64,000 nt of DNA from Chitinophaga pinensis (GTDB taxonomy: Bacteria; Bacteroidota; Bacteroidia; UBA4408): assembly GCA_945872355.1 (NCBI GenBank), contig CAMBZU010000001.1:16676-80675 (forward strand). Direction: 5' to 3'. The notes under the pieces are model-generated. The model ran no database searches, was not told where the DNA came from, and saw only the letters and a list, made by a program, of their open reading frames with translations. The number at the start of each line of letters is the position of its first letter. Positions within the stretch are counted from its first letter, which is position 1. Below, one piece after another: positions 31,059-42,199 of the stretch. The translations under genes and the position numbers were made by a program.

Positions 31059-32378
31059 ATGAGCAACACAAAAACATCTCCAGCTGAAAAGTTTAAGGTA
31101 AAAGATCTTTCTTTATCTGATTGGGGAAGAAAAGAGATTAAATTGGCTGAGGTTGAAATGCCGGGCTTAATGTCAATTCGTGCCGAGTTTGGCGATAGTC
31201 AACCATTAAAAGGTGCACGTATTGCTGGTTGTTTACATATGACCATTCAAACTGCTGTTTTAATTGAAACATTAACGCATTTGGGCGCGCAGGTTTCTTG
31301 GTCTTCTTGTAATATTTTCTCAACGCAAGATCATGCTGCTGCTGCAATAGCTGCTGCTGGTATTCCTGTTTATGCTTGGAAAGGGATGAATGAAGAAGAA
31401 TTTGATTGGTGTATTGAACAAACATTGTTTGCATTTGAAGATGGCCAACCATTAAATATGATTTTAGATGATGGTGGTGATTTAACCAATATGGTTTTTG
31501 ATCGTTATCCAGAGTTAATGAAAGATATTAAAGGTCTTTCTGAAGAAACTACTACTGGTGTTCATCGTTTATATGAGCGTATGAAAAATGGTACTTTGCA
31601 TATGCCAGCTATCAATGTTAACGACTCAGTTACAAAATCTAAGTTCGATAACAAGTATGGTTGCCGCGAATCTTTAGTTGATGCTATACGTAGAGCTACG
31701 GATATTATGCTTGCAGGTAAAGTAGCAGTTGTTGCTGGTTATGGTGATGTAGGAAAAGGTTCAGCACTATCTTTAAGCAGCCAAGGTGTGCGTGTTATTG
31801 TTACTGAAATCGACCCAATTTGTGCATTGCAAGCTGCAATGGATGGGTACCAAGTTATGAAAATGGACAATGCAGTTAAAATTGCTGACATCGTTGTTAC
31901 TGCAACTGGTAATAAAAGCATTATTGTAGATCGTCATTTCAAAAATATGAAACACAATGCTATTGTTTGTAACATTGGTCATTTCGATAATGAAATTGAT
32001 ATGGCTTGGTTAAACCAAAACCATGGTGCTTCTAAAGATATAATCAAACCACAAGTTGATAAATATACTGTTGATGGTAAAGATATTTTAGTTTTAGCCG
32101 AAGGTCGTTTAGTTAACTTAGGTTGTGCAACAGGGCATCCATCATTTGTAATGAGTAATTCATTTACCAATCAAACGCTTGCGCAATTAGAACTATGGGA
32201 AAATTCAGCTAACTACGAAAATAAAGTTTACACTTTGCCAAAGCATTTAGATGAAAAAGTTGCTTTTTTACATTTAGCTAAAATTGGTTGTGAATTAGAA
32301 ACCTTATCAACTGAACAAGCCGATTATATTGGAGTTACAGTTCAAGGTCCATTCAAATCAGAAATGTACAGGTATTAA
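31059..32378 (+). CDS. ahcY: Adenosylhomocysteinase
   Basis: 439 aa, highly conserved SAHH sequence including NAD-binding GYGDVGKG. Confidence 0.95.
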   Translation: MSNTKTSPAEKFKVKDLSLSDWGRKEIKLAEVEMPGLMSIRAEFGDSQPLKGARIAGCLHMTIQTAVLIETLTHLGAQVSWSSCNIFSTQDHAAAAIAAAGIPVYAWKGMNEEEFDWCIEQTLFAFEDGQPLNMILDDGGDLTNMVFDRYPELMKDIKGLSEETTTGVHRLYERMKNGTLHMPAINVNDSVTKSKFDNKYGCRESLVDAIRRATDIMLAGKVAVVAGYGDVGKGSALSLSSQGVRVIVTEIDPICALQAAMDGYQVMKMDNAVKIADIVVTATGNKSIIVDRHFKNMKHNAIVCNIGHFDNEIDMAWLNQNHGASKDIIKPQVDKYTVDGKDILVLAEGRLVNLGCATGHPSFVMSNSFTNQTLAQLELWENSANYENKVYTLPKHLDEKVAFLHLAKIGCELETLSTEQADYIGVTVQGPFKSEMYRY

Positions 32379-32398
32379 TTTTTTGATATTACCTTATA

Positions 32399-32440
32399 CA
32401 ATCCCTGTTTTGTTATGCAAGGCAGGGATTTTTTTTCATA
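32399..32440 (+). terminator. Rho-independent terminator after ahcY
   Basis: atccctg-ttttgttatgcaagg-cagggat hairpin followed by tttttttt. Confidence 0.65.
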
Positions 32441-32461
32441 TTAACATTAAGTAATACTATT

Positions 32462-33499
32462 TTGCAAAATACAATTCCATTAAAAAATGATTTAATTGTT
32501 CGCGCTGCGAAAGGCGAAAAAACAGAAAGAACACCCGTATGGTTAATGCGCCAAGCGGGTAGAATTTTACCCGAATATAGGGCTGTTCGTGAAAAAATGG
32601 GTGGCTTTAAAGAATTAGTTAAAAATCCTGAATTTGCTTGCGAAGTTACCATACAGCCTGTAGACATTTTAGGTGTAGATGCAGCCATTATTTTCTCCGA
32701 TATTTTAGTGATTCCTGAAGCCATGGGTCTAAATTACCAAATGATAGAAGCTAAAGGTCCTTGGTTTGAAAAAACAATTCAAAGCAAAGCAGATATTGAT
32801 GCTTTAACGATTGCCCAAGCTGATGATTTAAGCTATGTTACCGAAGCCATTAAGCTTACTAAAAAGGAATTGAATGGAAGAGTTCCTCTGATTGGTTTTG
32901 CTGGTGCACCTTGGACTATTTTTGCATACATGATAGAAGGGAAAGGGTCTAAAACCTTTTCTTTAGCGAAAAAGTTTTTGTACACCAATCCTGTAGATTC
33001 TCATTTGCTATTAGAAAAGATTACACAAAGCACCATTAATTACTTGAAAGCACAAGTGGCTGCAGGCGCTGATATCATTCAAATATTTGACAGTTGGGCA
33101 GGCATACTTTCTCCTGAACAATACGCAACATTTTCATTAAAATACATTGATGCTATTTGTAATGCTATAACAGAAGTTCCAGTGACCGTATTTGCTAAAG
33201 GTGCTTTTTTTGCAAGAAAAGAAATGGGTGCATTAAATTGTGCCACCATTGGCTTAGATTGGAACATGGAAATTGCTGAAAGCAGAGCTTTGATAGGCCC
33301 AAATAAAACCTTGCAAGGCAATTTGGATCCTTGTTTGCTGTATGCTGATTTTAAAACCATTAAAAAGGAAACTGAAAAAATGTTGAGGCTTTTTGGAAGT
33401 CACAGACATATTGCGAACCTTGGACATGGCGTGTATCCCGATATTGATAAAGATAAGGTAAAATGTTTTGTTGATACAGTAAAGGAATTTCGCTTTTAA
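32462..33499 (+). CDS. hemE: Uroporphyrinogen decarboxylase
   Basis: [15 protein letters not shown] signature; 345 aa. Confidence 0.9.
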   Translation: MQNTIPLKNDLIVRAAKGEKTERTPVWLMRQAGRILPEYRAVREKMGGFKELVKNPEFACEVTIQPVDILGVDAAIIFSDILVIPEAMGLNYQMIEAKGPWFEKTIQSKADIDALTIAQADDLSYVTEAIKLTKKELNGRVPLIGFAGAPWTIFAYMIEGKGSKTFSLAKKFLYTNPVDSHLLLEKITQSTINYLKAQVAAGADIIQIFDSWAGILSPEQYATFSLKYIDAICNAITEVPVTVFAKGAFFARKEMGALNCATIGLDWNMEIAESRALIGPNKTLQGNLDPCLLYADFKTIKKETEKMLRLFGSHRHIANLGHGVYPDIDKDKVKCFVDTVKEFRF

Positions 33500-33512
33500 T
33501 AAATATATAAGT

Positions 33513-34526
33513 TTGAAGGCCAAAACAGATTTTGAGGAATTAATTAGTTTCGTGCAATACAGCAAGGGCCAGTGCTACGTGCTTTGCGATGAAAACACTT
33601 TTAAGCATTGCTACGAGGTTTTTTGTCAGCTGATTGCCCTTAAAGTTCAACCTATTGTAATAAAAGCAGGAGAGGCGCAAAAAAACATTGCTACTTGTGA
33701 ATTTATTTGGCAAAAGTTAATAGATAACAAAGCTGATAAAAATGCTTGTATTATTAATTTGGGTGGTGGTGTTGTGAGCGATATTGGAGGTTTTGTTGCT
33801 GCTACTTATAAAAGAGGTATAAAATATATAAATGTACCAACTTCGTTATTGGCGATGGTAGATGCAGCCACAGGTGGAAAAACGGGAATTAATTTAGGTC
33901 ATTTTAAAAATATGATTGGCTTAATACAACAACCAGAAATGGTTGTATTGCATGCTCCTTTTTTAAACACATTGCCAAAAAAACACCTTAAAAATGGCTT
34001 TGCAGAAATGTTGAAGCACGCCATTTTAAATGGGAAAGATGCCCTCAACGAACTAACATTGAATAAAGATATTACTCCTCAATTGAACGAAAAAGTAATA
34101 TTAAAAAGTTTAGCTATTAAAGAGGACATAGTAGCGCAAGACCCACAAGAAAAAGGACATCGTAAAATATTGAATTTTGGACATACTATTGGACATGCTA
34201 TTGAATATGCTGCCCAAGAAAATGGCTGTGAAATTTTGCATGGAGAAGCAGTTGCCATTGGAATGATTGCCGCTTTGAAATTATCAGTTTTAAAGTTGGA
34301 ATTTGATTGTAATGAAGCAGATTTAGTGATCAACTTTATACGTTCTCATTTTTCAAAGCCAGCTTGGATAAGTGCCAATCATAATAAAATAATAAACGCG
34401 ATTTTACAAGATAAAAAAAATAGTAATCAAGAAATTAATATGGTTTTGCTTGCCGATTATGGCAAGCCTGTTTTTGATGTTGTTTGTACATTGGATGAAA
34501 TAGCAAAAATCTTGTTGGAGCTTTGA
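33513..34526 (+). CDS. aroB: 3-dehydroquinate synthase
   Basis: GGGVVSDIGGFVAATYKRGIKYINVPTSLLAMVDAATGGKTGIN Gly-rich NAD-binding motif of DHQ synthases. Confidence 0.8.
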   Translation: MKAKTDFEELISFVQYSKGQCYVLCDENTFKHCYEVFCQLIALKVQPIVIKAGEAQKNIATCEFIWQKLIDNKADKNACIINLGGGVVSDIGGFVAATYKRGIKYINVPTSLLAMVDAATGGKTGINLGHFKNMIGLIQQPEMVVLHAPFLNTLPKKHLKNGFAEMLKHAILNGKDALNELTLNKDITPQLNEKVILKSLAIKEDIVAQDPQEKGHRKILNFGHTIGHAIEYAAQENGCEILHGEAVAIGMIAALKLSVLKLEFDCNEADLVINFIRSHFSKPAWISANHNKIINAILQDKKNSNQEINMVLLADYGKPVFDVVCTLDEIAKILLEL

Positions 34527-34600
34527 AAATAAGATAGAATTTTTAACTTTTAATATACTCCAGACCTCCCTGCGGGCATGATCCGCAATTATACAACTTG

Positions 34601-35527
34601 CTAATAAAAAGTAAAATTGAAGTTGAAAATTTCAATAAGACTGTCGTTGTTTGATTTACTTAAGATACTCTCTAAAATCATGTTTTCTTTGTTGTAAAAA
34701 TAAAAACGGTGGTTTTTTAATGATGTATTTCTAAAATATTTTTCTTCAGTTAAATTGTCAGCCTCATAGCTAAATTTTGTATTTTCTTTTAAATCACCTG
34801 CCGCATTGCTTGAATAAAAAGATTCTAGCGTACGGCCCTTATCATCAAAATTAGTATTGTAATTTACGCGCACACCCGTGGTTGTAAACGTGTAATCTTG
34901 TGCTTTCAATAATTTATTTTTTCCTTCAAAGTATAAGATGCCTTCTTTGTAAATCAAGTTATTATCGTTGAGGAACTTCTTACGTGTTTGATTTTCATTG
35001 ATAATTTCATAACTATAACTTTCACTTTGCATTAATGTTTGTTGACCTAATTTAAAAAACCTAAAGTCGTCGCTCAAATTGGTTTCGTTACAAACAATAT
35101 GCTTGGTTACTTGATTGTACTCATTTGATGTTTCATAAATAGCAGTATAACGTCCTTTATTGAAAGTTCTGGCAATGTGTGTTCTTGTTTCTTTGTTATA
35201 GTAATGAAATGTAAAAATACTATCATAGTTATATTCTTGCCTTGTTACTTCAACAAATGATGCTAAATCACCTTGCAGATTGTAGGTAAAAATATATTTT
35301 TTACCTGTTTTTTCAATCCGCGCATTTTCACGTTTAATACCAACTTCAACTTCTATGGTTTGTATTTTTTTATCGACATGTATTTTGCTTGGATAAAGGC
35401 GCTCGATGGAGTTGTTTATCCATTCTTGCTGTTGGTTAATTTGTGCGTTTGTATTTAATGCTATAAAGCACATCAATATCACCAATCTAAGCATAATATA
35501 ATGGATGGATCTAATTTTAAGAATCAC
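34601..35527 (-). CDS. Hypothetical secreted protein (308 aa)
   Basis: Signal peptide (MLRLVILMCFIALNTNAQ); Tyr/Asn-rich; no known motifs. Confidence 0.4.
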   Translation of the reverse strand: MILKIRSIHYIMLRLVILMCFIALNTNAQINQQQEWINNSIERLYPSKIHVDKKIQTIEVEVGIKRENARIEKTGKKYIFTYNLQGDLASFVEVTRQEYNYDSIFTFHYYNKETRTHIARTFNKGRYTAIYETSNEYNQVTKHIVCNETNLSDDFRFFKLGQQTLMQSESYSYEIINENQTRKKFLNDNNLIYKEGILYFEGKNKLLKAQDYTFTTTGVRVNYNTNFDDKGRTLESFYSSNAAGDLKENTKFSYEADNLTEEKYFRNTSLKNHRFYFYNKENMILESILSKSNNDSLIEIFNFNFTFY

Positions 35528-35575
35528 TCAGAAAAAGGTTTAAAAATTCAAATATCTAACAAAATAATTTATGGA

Positions 35576-37582
35576 TTACCATGCTGCTAAAGCAGTTATT
35601 AACTCGTTTTGGTTATTAAGTGGCAACCCGCATACTTTATCGGCACATAAATAAAAACTTTCCTTGCTTTTTTTGTCTTTAACAAAAGGCAATGTAACTT
35701 TACTATTGGTGCTGTATGGAAACAAATTAATCTTATTTGAATGATTTATTTTAACAACTGTTTTTAGAAATTCATTTTCAGGAATGGAAAATTGAAACAC
35801 TGGTGTCTTGAAACGAAGTAACAATAATGCCCAATTTGCATAGGCGCTGGCATATTTTTCAATTTCATCATAAAAATGTGCACACATTTTTTTCGACATC
35901 AACACATAATCTTCTTGTTCAAAGTAAATTCCAATTTGAAATAATACATGTGCCATAATTGAGTTGGAAGCAGGTATTACATTGTCTTGCACTTCTTTTT
36001 GACGTGCTATTAAAGGTGCATCTTTTTTGCTATTGAAATAAAAAAGCCCATCTGTTTCATCATAAAAAATATCAATTGCGCATTCAGTAAGTATTTTAGC
36101 TGTGTAGAGCCACTTTTCATTACCTGTGGCTGCGTAAAGTGCTATAAAACTCTCGGCAACTAAAGCATAATCTTCTAAAAAACCATTGATGCTTGATTGT
36201 TTGTTTTTATAGGAATGATAAAGATACTTCCCTTCATATATTTGGTGACTTAAAATAAATTGTGCGCTCTCAATAGCCTGATTTAAATAGGTTTCTTCCT
36301 CTAAAGCTAAAAAGGCATCAATATATCCTTTAATCATCATTGCATTCCAAGAGCTTAGTGTTTTGTCATCTAAGCCAGGGGCTATTCTTTTGCTTCGGTA
36401 TGGCAGTAAAATTTGTTGCCATTTTTTAAGTAGTAATTGCAAGTTTATTTCATTCAACTCATTTTCTTTGCAGAAAATTTCATCGCTTTGTGTCCGCATC
36501 AAAATATAATTACCATGCTCCCAATAGCCTGTTTCATTTATATTGTAATACTTGCTAAAAATATCAAAGTCGTGGCTTAAAAGATTTTGCAATTCGTCTA
36601 ATTGCCAAACATAAAATTTGCCTTCTTCGCCCTCACTATCGGCATCTAGCGCTGAATAAAATGCTCCTTGCTCACCTTTGAGTTCATTGCTAACAAAACC
36701 AAGTGTTTTTTCAATAACTGTTTTGTAGTTTTTATTGCCACTTATTTGATAGGCTTTACTGTATAGTGAAACAAGTTGAGCATTGTCATAAAGCATTTTT
36801 TCAAAATGTGGTACTTTCCAAATACCATCGGTACTGTAGCGCGCAAAACCACCTCCAATTTGATCAAATAAACCTCCATAGCTCATTTTGTCTAAGGTAA
36901 CAAAAACATGCGCAAGTATTTCTTTATTTTGATAAATACTACCAAAATGCATCAGAAATAAGTAATTACAAGGCATGGGAAATTTAGGCACGCGCTGCGT
37001 TCCGCCATCAATTAAATCGAAGTGTTTTTGCCAGTGTGTGGTACATTGAAATAGTAGTGCACTAATATCAATTTCAGTAGGTTCAGGTGCAGTATAAATT
37101 TGTGTTTGTTGAATACCTTTCAAAAGCCGCTCAGCATATTCTTCCATAGCTGTAAGGTTTGTTTCAAAAAGGTTTTGAAGGTTTTCGAGCACTGCCATCC
37201 ATTTTTCAAGAGGAAAATAGGTGCCTCCATAAACAGGTTTTCCATTAGGTAATGTAAAGCAATTTAAAGGCCAGCCGCCTTGCCCACTTATTAATTGGAG
37301 GGCCTGCATATAAACTGAATCAATATCGGGGCGTTCCTCACGATCAACCTTTACACAAATAAAATATTTATTCATAATGCGCGCTGCTTCTTCATTTTCG
37401 AAGCATTGTTTTTCCATTACATGGCACCAATGGCAAGCACTGTAGCCAATACTAATGAGCATTAATTTATTTTGTGATTTTGCTAAAGCAAGCGTTTCAT
37501 CATTCCATGCGCGCCAATTAACTGGGTTGTGAGCATGTTGCAACAAGTAAGGGCTAGATTCGTGCAAGAGCAGATTGGCCAT
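35576..37582 (-). CDS. Thioredoxin-domain protein of the YyaL/DUF255 family (thioredoxin plus six-hairpin glycosidase-like domain)
   Basis: N-terminal SPYLLQHAHNPVNWRAW..GYSACHWCHVM thioredoxin-like motif; 668 aa. Confidence 0.8.
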   Translation of the reverse strand: MANLLLHESSPYLLQHAHNPVNWRAWNDETLALAKSQNKLMLISIGYSACHWCHVMEKQCFENEEAARIMNKYFICVKVDREERPDIDSVYMQALQLISGQGGWPLNCFTLPNGKPVYGGTYFPLEKWMAVLENLQNLFETNLTAMEEYAERLLKGIQQTQIYTAPEPTEIDISALLFQCTTHWQKHFDLIDGGTQRVPKFPMPCNYLFLMHFGSIYQNKEILAHVFVTLDKMSYGGLFDQIGGGFARYSTDGIWKVPHFEKMLYDNAQLVSLYSKAYQISGNKNYKTVIEKTLGFVSNELKGEQGAFYSALDADSEGEEGKFYVWQLDELQNLLSHDFDIFSKYYNINETGYWEHGNYILMRTQSDEIFCKENELNEINLQLLLKKWQQILLPYRSKRIAPGLDDKTLSSWNAMMIKGYIDAFLALEEETYLNQAIESAQFILSHQIYEGKYLYHSYKNKQSSINGFLEDYALVAESFIALYAATGNEKWLYTAKILTECAIDIFYDETDGLFYFNSKKDAPLIARQKEVQDNVIPASNSIMAHVLFQIGIYFEQEDYVLMSKKMCAHFYDEIEKYASAYANWALLLLRFKTPVFQFSIPENEFLKTVVKINHSNKINLFPYSTNSKVTLPFVKDKKSKESFYLCADKVCGLPLNNQNELITALAAW

Positions 37583-37647
37583 AGTGTATAGGAATTAATT
37601 CACTAAAAGATACAACATTGGTTTCTGCCAACGCTTTAAAAAAGAAA

Positions 37648-38736
37648 CTAGATAAACTTATCGCCTTTGGCCATTTTTACATCATTCACAAATTGACGAA
37701 TATGCTGTTCATTTTCTTTTTTACAAATGAGTAAAACGTCTTTGGTATCAACAATAATATAGTCATCAAGACCTTCAATTACTAATAGTTTTTGCTTCGG
37801 CGCGCTAATAATACAGTTTTCTGAATCATACATTAATGCATTCTTATTGATCACCGCATTTTGCTTGTCATCTTTTGGAATGTGCGTATATAGAGAGCCA
37901 TAGGTGCCCAAGTCGCTCCAGCCAATAATAGATGAACGCACGTATACATTTGATGCTTTTTCCATCACACCGTAATCAATGGAAATGTTTTTACATACGC
38001 TGTAAACACCTTTAATAAATTCATTTTCTTTACTCGTATTGTATAGGTCTTCGCCTTCTTTAAAAATTAAAGCAGTTTCGGGCATATGCATTTCAAATGC
38101 TCTTAAAATGCTTTTAGCTGTCCAAATAAAAATCCCAGAATTCCATAAAAAGTCACCACTTTGCATGAAGAATTTAGCCATTTCAAAGTCTGGCTTTTCT
38201 GTAAAAGTTTTTACCTTTTTAATACGCTTGTCTGTTTCAGCAACATCACTTTCTTTAAATTGAATGTAGCCATAACCTGTATCAGGTCTTGAAGGTTTAA
38301 TTCCAAGAGTTACAAGGCAATCTTCTGATACTGCTTTGCGGTAACAAGAGTTGATTGCTTTTACAAAGGTTTCTTCTTTTAAAATAAGGTGATCTGCCGG
38401 AGAAACAACAATTTTTGCATTTGGATTTTGCGCATGTATTTTATAACAAGCATAAGCAATGCAAGGAGCAGTATTCCTGCGCGCAGGCTCCAGTAAAATT
38501 TGATTGTCGGACAATTTGGGTAATTGCTCTTTTACAAGGTCTTTATAGATATCGTTTGTAACAACAACAATATTTTCGGCAGGACATAGTTTTAAAAACC
38601 TTTTATAGGTTAATTGCAACAAGGTGTCACCTAATCCAAGTATATCGATAAATTGTTTTGGGTAGTTAGTTCTGCTCATTGGCCAAAAGCGACTACCAAT
38701 GCCCCCGGCCATAATTACACAGTAATTATTTTTCAT
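37648..38736 (-). CDS. manC: Mannose-1-phosphate guanylyltransferase
   Basis: YCVIMAGGIGSRFWPMSR nucleotidyltransferase motif; probable start at the internal Met (MKNNYCV). Confidence 0.8.
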   Translation of the reverse strand: MKNNYCVIMAGGIGSRFWPMSRTNYPKQFIDILGLGDTLLQLTYKRFLKLCPAENIVVVTNDIYKDLVKEQLPKLSDNQILLEPARRNTAPCIAYACYKIHAQNPNAKIVVSPADHLILKEETFVKAINSCYRKAVSEDCLVTLGIKPSRPDTGYGYIQFKESDVAETDKRIKKVKTFTEKPDFEMAKFFMQSGDFLWNSGIFIWTAKSILRAFEMHMPETALIFKEGEDLYNTSKENEFIKGVYSVCKNISIDYGVMEKASNVYVRSSIIGWSDLGTYGSLYTHIPKDDKQNAVINKNALMYDSENCIISAPKQKLLVIEGLDDYIIVDTKDVLLICKKENEQHIRQFVNDVKMAKGDKFI

Positions 38737-38970
38737 CTTTTTTTTAACAAGTCGCAAAGATAAATTTTAAACGATAACTTTAATAGAACTAATTTTATTT
38801 TAGCATAAACCTTATTGCAAATGTACTAATGTGAAATCAACATAACAAGCTGTAATTTAATTCATCAGATGAAGCCGGTAGGGGAAGTTGAGTAGATTTC
38901 TAATACGAAATTTGGGTTTATACTGATTGCACTTTCAATTTAGTCCAATTGCGGCATTCCCTTATTGTAC

Positions 38971-39113
38971 TAATACCGATGTGAAATAAGTAATGGCCCA
39001 AATTTGTTTCACGGCATTTGTCCCAAACTTTTTTCCGATCGGCATTAATCGTTGCATATTTATTTTTTAGTTGTACTAAAAAATAAATGCAATTGGCATA
39101 AGAAATCTATAAC
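38971..39113. repeat. Mosaic intergenic repeat, copy B (longest copy)
   Basis: Contains all modules: ataccgatgtgaaataagtaatggcccaaa; internally duplicated tttgtttcacggcatttgtcccaaa; ttttccgatcggcattaatcgttgcatatttatttttt..gtactaaaaaataaatgca; attggcataa. Confidence 0.7.
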
Positions 39114-39170
39114 CTGAGAACTGTTATTAATTTAAAATGCAATATTTATGATGGGAGTTAAAATAAAAAA

Positions 39171-39200
39171 AGGCTGTTTCCTTTGGAAACAGCCTTTTTT
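39171..39200 (-). terminator. Rho-independent (bidirectional) terminator downstream of the Omp28-like gene
   Basis: aggctgtttcc-tttg-gaaacagcct perfect hairpin flanked by A-run and T-run. Confidence 0.75.
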
Positions 39201-39219
39201 ATAAAGGTAAAAACCTTAA

Positions 39220-41100
39220 TTATTTGATTACATTAATTTTCTTAGTGATTGAACCACCTTCAGAAGAATTGATATTGATAAAATAGATACCAGCATTCCA
39301 AGAAGAAGCATCAATTGATTGACGATATAAACCATTTACAACTCCTAAATTTTGAGTCATCACTTTATTACCTAACATATCAACAACATCAAAAGAAATT
39401 CTTTCAGATTTAGTAGTATTGATATTTAAAGTAGTTTGATTTTGGAAAGGGTTAGGGTAAACTTCAAAACTGCTGATAGAATTAATTTCTTTAATGCTTG
39501 CAGGATTAGATGCGCCAGCGTGAAGGTTAACTTCATCAATGTAGAGGTTGTTACCATAAGCACTAGTAGCAACAAACTTAACTAAAACATTAGTTTGATT
39601 AATGTAAGGCGTCATGTTTACACTTTCAGCTCTCCATTGTGTTGCACTCGGCGTAAAAGCAGCAGTTGAATTTGCGGCTGTTGCAAGTGTAGTGCCTGCT
39701 TCGTTGTAAGGGGTTGCCCAAGTAGCGCCACAGTCAGTAGAAACTTTCACTTCTAACTTATCTGCTTCTCCTGCATAAGATGCATAAGCAACGTAGAAAT
39801 CTAAAGTAGCTTGCGTAGCAGTCATTGTCATGTTAGCATTTGGCATAAAAAACTCATCTACTTGCCCAGCCGAACTATTGTAAAAATCCATTTTAGCAGA
39901 AGTAGTTGTAGTGCTAGCACCAGCAGTAGTTATACGCGTCCAAGTTGGACCTAAATCTGGGTTATCTATAACCCAACCTGTTGGAGGGAAAGAAGTAGCA
40001 CTGTAATTTTGAACAATTGGAGAAACAGAACCAACATTTGTAAAAATGCTGAAATTAATATTTGTTGACTCAAACAAGGTATTAAAATTCGCATTCCCAT
40101 TAGGGTTTGTTATATACGATTTGAAATTATGACTACCTACAGTAGTAGTAAGACTTGGTAAAACTTGCGTTGCAGTTGCACCAGCAGCGATAGATCCAGT
40201 CCAAGGTAAAGTTGAAACTGTTCCGCCATCAACTTGGTAGTTAATTGTACCAGAAGTTAAAGTAGCAGTACCAGTATTTTTAATAGTGATTGTAGGTGTA
40301 AAAGTTGTAGCGCATTGCACCACAGGAACACCAGAAATAGCCGTAACAGCTACATTTTCATTAATTGTTTGAGGATAGCTATAAGCCGCCTGTGGAACAC
40401 TTTTGTTTCCATTGTCCTGCATCCAACCAACAAAAGCTATTTGGCTTTCATCATAAATATAAGTTGGTGTATTTACATTTAATGTAATTGTTTGTGTTTG
40501 ACCTACAGTCCAAGTACCCGCTAATGCAGTTCCATTTTGGTTAGGCAACATTTTTCTCATTACACTATAAAAATCTTTTTCACCATTACTACCTGGAGCA
40601 TTTGCAAAATTAATTTCCTGTTCAACTAAACCAACTTGCAATACCATTGCACCACTAGCGGTAAAAGCTTGTGTAGCAGTAATTACAGCTGTTACAGTAG
40701 CTGCTGAATGGTCAGCGTTAAAAACATGACTTAAATCAATAGTAAATGGTGATGAAATTGGATATCTACCTCTTATAGTAGTAGCATCAACTGTTGTGTT
40801 GGTACCATCTAAAATTCTATCAGGAACACCAGTGATACCGTAATAAGAAACACGAGCAGCAACTTCAGCAGCATTTTGTGCATTCATAGGGTCGATACCT
40901 GGCCAGCTGGTTTGGTATTTAATTGATACAACTGTATCATGCGTTGCAGCAGTTAGAGCAGCATTTAAAGCTGGATTTTGAGCTGCACAAGGCCCGCATG
41001 ATGCTTGAGAGAAACCCTCAACTAATACCAATCTTTGAGATTGTGCAAAAGCTAAACTTCCTGCTAACATCATACTTAAAATCGTAAATGTTTTTTTCAT
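39220..41100 (-). CDS. Omp28-related thioredoxin-like outer membrane protein with T9SS C-terminal sorting domain
   Basis: Signal peptide; LVLVEGFSQASCGPCAAQNP resembles the Omp28-family thioredoxin-like N-terminus; Thr/Ala-rich middle; C-terminal about 80 aa (VYPNPFQN...GIYFININ..KINVIK) typical of a Por secretion CTD. Confidence 0.6.
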   Translation of the reverse strand: MKKTFTILSMMLAGSLAFAQSQRLVLVEGFSQASCGPCAAQNPALNAALTAATHDTVVSIKYQTSWPGIDPMNAQNAAEVAARVSYYGITGVPDRILDGTNTTVDATTIRGRYPISSPFTIDLSHVFNADHSAATVTAVITATQAFTASGAMVLQVGLVEQEINFANAPGSNGEKDFYSVMRKMLPNQNGTALAGTWTVGQTQTITLNVNTPTYIYDESQIAFVGWMQDNGNKSVPQAAYSYPQTINENVAVTAISGVPVVQCATTFTPTITIKNTGTATLTSGTINYQVDGGTVSTLPWTGSIAAGATATQVLPSLTTTVGSHNFKSYITNPNGNANFNTLFESTNINFSIFTNVGSVSPIVQNYSATSFPPTGWVIDNPDLGPTWTRITTAGASTTTTSAKMDFYNSSAGQVDEFFMPNANMTMTATQATLDFYVAYASYAGEADKLEVKVSTDCGATWATPYNEAGTTLATAANSTAAFTPSATQWRAESVNMTPYINQTNVLVKFVATSAYGNNLYIDEVNLHAGASNPASIKEINSISSFEVYPNPFQNQTTLNINTTKSERISFDVVDMLGNKVMTQNLGVVNGLYRQSIDASSWNAGIYFININSSEGGSITKKINVIK

Positions 41101-41169
41101 TTTTGTAAATTTATTATGTTTAGAATTAATGAACGAAAATAGTTTTATTTTAATCTACCCCCAAAAAAA

Positions 41170-41580
41170 TTAACTTTTATTTTTTAAGTCTTTGTAAATC
41201 AATTTTTTAGTTATTAGTTTATTTTTACCCGATAGATATGCCCAAGCCAAGCAACAGCCTAAGGTATTTGCCAAAAAGTCGAATATGTCGGCAGTTCTTT
41301 CTGTAAAAAATTCTTGTTGCATGATCTCAAGCATTGCACCATAAGGGATGCTAAAACACAAGGCATAAAGAATAGCGTTTTTTTTATTTGGTGTTTTTTT
41401 TACGGCAAGTTGAATAAGTAAAACTAAAACAAAAAAGATAAATGCATGAACTAATTTATCAAAACTGAGGAGCTCTAAAAAAGAAATATGCGGAATATCC
41501 CTTCCAGGTAAACCGCATAAAATTGCAATTAACAGCGCCCAAAGGATGGGCGGAGCAAATATCTTAAGTTTGTTATTCAA
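41170..41580 (-). CDS. VanZ-family membrane protein
   Basis: 136 aa, 4 TM, LSFDKLVHAFIFFVL motif. Confidence 0.6.
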   Translation of the reverse strand: MNNKLKIFAPPILWALLIAILCGLPGRDIPHISFLELLSFDKLVHAFIFFVLVLLIQLAVKKTPNKKNAILYALCFSIPYGAMLEIMQQEFFTERTADIFDFLANTLGCCLAWAYLSGKNKLITKKLIYKDLKNKS

Positions 41581-41604
41581 ACCAAGGTCTGAATTTTTAA
41601 ATAA

Positions 41605-41985
41605 TTAATAACCAATAAGTGCTTTGTACTGGGTTGCAGTTAACAATTCATCAAGCTCGGCTGTATTGCCAATACTCATTTTTATCATCCACCCATTTCC
41701 GTAAGGATCAGTATTAACACTTTCAGGGTTGCCATCTAAACCCTTGTTAACCTCTAAAATTTGGCCGCTTATTGGTAAAAATAAATCTGAAACTGTTTTC
41801 ACAGCTTCTACAGTGCCAAAAACAACCTCTTTTTCTAATGTTAATCCTTCTGTGCTGATATCTACATATACTATATCACCCAACTCTCCTTGAGCAAATT
41901 CGGTAATGCCAACAAAGGCCTCATTGCCTTCTATTCTGATCCATTCGTGATCTTTTGTGTACTTTAAATTTTCAGGGAAATTCAT
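41605..41985 (-). CDS. gcvH: Glycine cleavage system H protein
   Basis: [35 protein letters not shown] with lipoyl-Lys context ([10 protein letters not shown]); start at the internal Met (MNFPENL). Confidence 0.9.
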   Translation of the reverse strand: MNFPENLKYTKDHEWIRIEGNEAFVGITEFAQGELGDIVYVDISTEGLTLEKEVVFGTVEAVKTVSDLFLPISGQILEVNKGLDGNPESVNTDPYGNGWMIKMSIGNTAELDELLTATQYKALIGY

Positions 41986-42199
41986 AATTATAGGTTTTAA
42001 AGTTACAAACGTAAAAAAAAAATCAATAAAAATGAATCTTGCCAAATTTTATTCATTGCATTCAAGCCTCATGCATTTTTTAATTTATGCTTAGCGAGCA
42101 CCTTAAGTGCTTAATTTAGCTTATTGTGTACTTATTGTATTAACTGAAGTAAAATTCTTTTTTAAATTTATTTAGCTTTGTGGGCCTTAAAAAACAAAT

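Noticed and set aside
38965-39079. 9-nt direct repeats ttgtactaa flanking repeat copy B, looking like a MITE target-site duplication.
   Set aside because: The right-hand ttgtactaa lies inside a module also present in copy C (..gtactaaaaaataaaWgca), so it is probably part of the element rather than duplicated target. It is left as an open possibility only.
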